Of a stretch of DNA of 20,000 bases, positions 17,917-20,000 are shown piece by piece. Position 1 is the first letter of the stretch. Each line of letters starts with the position of its first letter. The DNA comes from Brevibacterium luteolum (GTDB taxonomy: Bacteria > Actinomycetota > Actinomycetes > Actinomycetales > Brevibacteriaceae): NCBI RefSeq assembly GCF_013004595.1, contig NZ_JABEMC010000002.1:423886-443885 (forward strand), read 5' to 3'. The position numbers and the translations under genes are program-made. The notes beneath the pieces were generated by a model. It was not told the origin of the DNA and searched no databases. It was given only the letters and a program-made list of their open reading frames with translations.

Positions 17917-18576
17917 TCAGGCTGGGAACTCGTACAGCTCCCCGAGTTCGCGGAAGATCGCCTGGTTCATCCGGTAGCCGATCGCCGCCTCATCGATGAG
18001 CGCATCCTGCTGCACCGGACTCAACGGCGCGGCATCCAGACTGGCCCGGTAGGCGTCCTTGAACAGCTTGGGCTTGTCGATCCCGGCGAAGCTCCACATC
18101 GACAGCGCCTCCGGCCCGATTCCGTAGTGCCGGCTGACAAGCCGCCCGATCGCCAGACCGCCGGAGAGATCGCCGAGGTAGCGCAGGTAGTGGTGGGCCA
18201 GCAGCCGTTCGGCCGGCAGCCCGGAGCCGATCCGCTCCGCCAGCGCGCGGGTCGCCGGCAGCGCCAGGGGCGGCAGCCGATCGGCGCCGCAGAGCGCATC
18301 GAGGTCGGCGTTGATCGCCTCGGTGCGGGCCAGACCCGGATGGTCGAAAGCGGCCAGCAGTCCGTCGCCGGTGTGCTCGCGGACGCTGACTTCGAGCATC
18401 GGATACAGCACCGCGTACTGCTCGAGCAGCGAGCAGTACGCATCACGGTCGAGCCGGCCGGCCATGAGCTCGACGATGAAGCGCTCGGATTCGGCCGCGC
18501 GGTGCGGGCGCATCGTCTCCTCGCGCAGTCGCTGGGAGAAGGTCGCCGTTCCCGAGGTGGGGGTGGTGGTCGTCAT
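17917..18576 (-). CDS. hmuO: Biliverdin-producing heme oxygenase
   Basis: The proximal His in FSQRLREETMRPHRAAE, the distal helix signature LLAHHYLRYLGDLSGG, FKDAYR and EA..GY.MN..IF. AAGGAG RBS. Confidence 0.92.
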   Translation of the reverse strand: MTTTTPTSGTATFSQRLREETMRPHRAAESERFIVELMAGRLDRDAYCSLLEQYAVLYPMLEVSVREHTGDGLLAAFDHPGLARTEAINADLDALCGADRLPPLALPATRALAERIGSGLPAERLLAHHYLRYLGDLSGGLAIGRLVSRHYGIGPEALSMWSFAGIDKPKLFKDAYRASLDAAPLSPVQQDALIDEAAIGYRMNQAIFRELGELYEFPA

Positions 18577-18643
18577 GATGTCTCCTTGGTTTCGGTGAGG
18601 GCGGCAGCGGGGTCGGTGGACTGCTTGGGCGCCAGGTGCGGAT

Positions 18644-19999
18644 TCACCGCCACGTGCCCGGATCGAGGCCGATGCGCCTGCGCAGCAGCCAGCCGATGCC
18701 GGACGTTCCGGCCAGCGCGGCTGCCACGGTTCCGCCGCCGAACGCCCAGTCCTGCCAGCTCAGACCGGTGACCCCGCGGCCAGCCCGCGCCTCAGCCGCG
18801 CTGGGGGCGAACGCCGTGACGTCCTCGGTCTGTGCGGGCGGCGCCGCCTTGCCCGCCGGTGCTGCGCCGCCGGCTGGGCCGCCGGCCGACCCGCCGCCGG
18901 GTCCGGCCGACCCACCGGGGTCGGCAGTGCCGCCGGCACCGTCGGCGCTGGCTCCGGCATAGTCTGCCGCCGGCGGCTGATAGTCGGCCGTGAGCGCGAT
19001 CGTCAGCGGTGCGGCCGGTTTGCGCGGATCGGCGATCCCGCCGGAGGTGTACCAATAGGAGTGCTGGCCGGTCTTCTGGTTGAACTTCACCCAGCTGGCC
19101 GGGAACGACCCCCATCCGGGGCTGCTGCGATCCTGGTTGTCCACCGGTGCTCTGACCCCGGCGAAGTCCGGGGTGACGGTGAAGCCGCCGTCGGCGATCG
19201 CCTTGGCGACGTCGACGCCGCTGAACGTCGCCATCGTGATCGTCTCGGGTGTGATCGGCTCCCATTTCGACAGGTCGTCCATATCGGCGGCGAAGCCGGA
19301 GGCGGTGCCGATGAGCTCACCGCTGCCGTCGGCAGCGACCTTCAACTGCGGATCGGAGATCGACCAGTACGTCATCCCGGAGTAGAACACGATCGTGAAA
19401 CCGCCCTTCCAGCTGGCGGTGATGCCGCCGTCGCCGGCGTCGGCTGCGCCTTTGGCGATGACGACACGCGATTCGTGCTGGGAGTTCTTGTCGTTGGCCA
19501 CCACTCGCTTGCCGTTGCGGTCATCGCATTTGTTCTCCCAGGTGGCGGTGTGGAAGGTGCCCGAGCGATCGGGCTTCTCAATGCGCACATTGCCGTCGCT
19601 GGGCTTGTAGAACCGGCCCGGAGCATCCCACACCTTCGTTCCGCCGCTGTCGGGGGAGACTCCGGCGGACATGAAGTTGCAGGTGCCCGGGGCGAACCCG
19701 CCGGCACTGGTCTCGGCGTTGACCGGCCAGAACATCGTCGCCTCACCCGTTCCCGAGGTGTCCTCGGGCTTCCGGCTCGGCGGCGGGCTGGGCTCGGGGT
19801 CCTCAGCCGGGGGATCTGTCGGATCGTCATCGGGCGGCGGGTTGTCCGGGGCAGTGCCGGTGAAGCTCACGCGGATCTCGGTGGCGGGTTTGCGTGCGTC
19901 GGCTGCGCCTCCGGAGGTGAACCAGTACTGGGCCTGTCCGGTCTTGACGTTGAAATCGACCCAGCTCTTGGGGAACGACCCCGAACCCTGTCCGGTCTT
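18644..19999 (-). CDS. Membrane-anchored surface protein with tandem divergent HtaA-like domains, 5' end outside the window
   Basis: The frame is open to the window edge (KTGQGSGSFPKSWVDFNVKTGQAQYWFTSGGAADARKP), repeating the end of the downstream domain (GWGSFPASWVKFNQKTGQHSYWYTSGGIADPRKP). Pro/Asp and Gly/Ala linkers and a C-terminal hydrophobic segment followed by RRR. It lies directly upstream of hmuO. The HtaA assignment is an inference. Confidence 0.7.
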   Translation of the reverse strand, partial: KTGQGSGSFPKSWVDFNVKTGQAQYWFTSGGAADARKPATEIRVSFTGTAPDNPPPDDDPTDPPAEDPEPSPPPSRKPEDTSGTGEATMFWPVNAETSAGGFAPGTCNFMSAGVSPDSGGTKVWDAPGRFYKPSDGNVRIEKPDRSGTFHTATWENKCDDRNGKRVVANDKNSQHESRVVIAKGAADAGDGGITASWKGGFTIVFYSGMTYWSISDPQLKVAADGSGELIGTASGFAADMDDLSKWEPITPETITMATFSGVDVAKAIADGGFTVTPDFAGVRAPVDNQDRSSPGWGSFPASWVKFNQKTGQHSYWYTSGGIADPRKPAAPLTIALTADYQPPAADYAGASADGAGGTADPGGSAGPGGGSAGGPAGGAAPAGKAAPPAQTEDVTAFAPSAAEARAGRGVTGLSWQDWAFGGGTVAAALAGTSGIGWLLRRRIGLDPGTWR

Positions 20000-20000
20000 C

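Noticed and set aside
18577..18643. DtxR/IdeR iron box directly upstream of hmuO
   Set aside because: This GC-rich spacer has no TTAGGTTAGCCTAA-like palindrome. Any such site would probably be upstream, beyond the window.
18760..18960. Sortase (LPxTG) anchoring of the HtaA-like protein
   Set aside because: There is no LPxTG/LAxTG motif before the hydrophobic segment; only a TM + basic tail is supported.

Overview
High-GC actinobacterial chromosomal window; the gene set suggests Micrococcales, possibly Brevibacterium-like (inference). From left to right: (i) the 3' part of a metal-dependent amidohydrolase; (ii) an apparent deletion scar, in which the first ~23 codons of a membrane-protein gene are joined out of frame to a 5'-truncated GlnQ-type amino-acid ABC ATPase; (iii) a polyamine/omega-amine catabolic locus, with an Lrp/AsnC regulator and class-III aminotransferase on the minus strand, divergent from an aminobutyraldehyde-type ALDH, potA-potD-potB-potC and a PuuB/DadA-type FAD oxidoreductase, followed by an SRPBCC-TIGR01777 fusion, a succinate-semialdehyde dehydrogenase and a class-I GATase-like hydrolase; (iv) an AGCS amino-acid:cation symporter with an altered signature motif; (v) the convergent end of a heme-utilisation locus, with a TauE/SafE exporter, heme oxygenase HmuO and a membrane-anchored protein with tandem, divergent HtaA-like domains that runs off the window. 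No RNA genes, CRISPR arrays or transposases were recognised. The most notable signals are three operator-like motifs phased exactly 31 bp apart next to the Lrp gene, the non-canonical HtaA-like protein, an apparent Glu swap in the AGCS transporter, the deletion scar, and a 14-bp direct repeat bracketing tauE.
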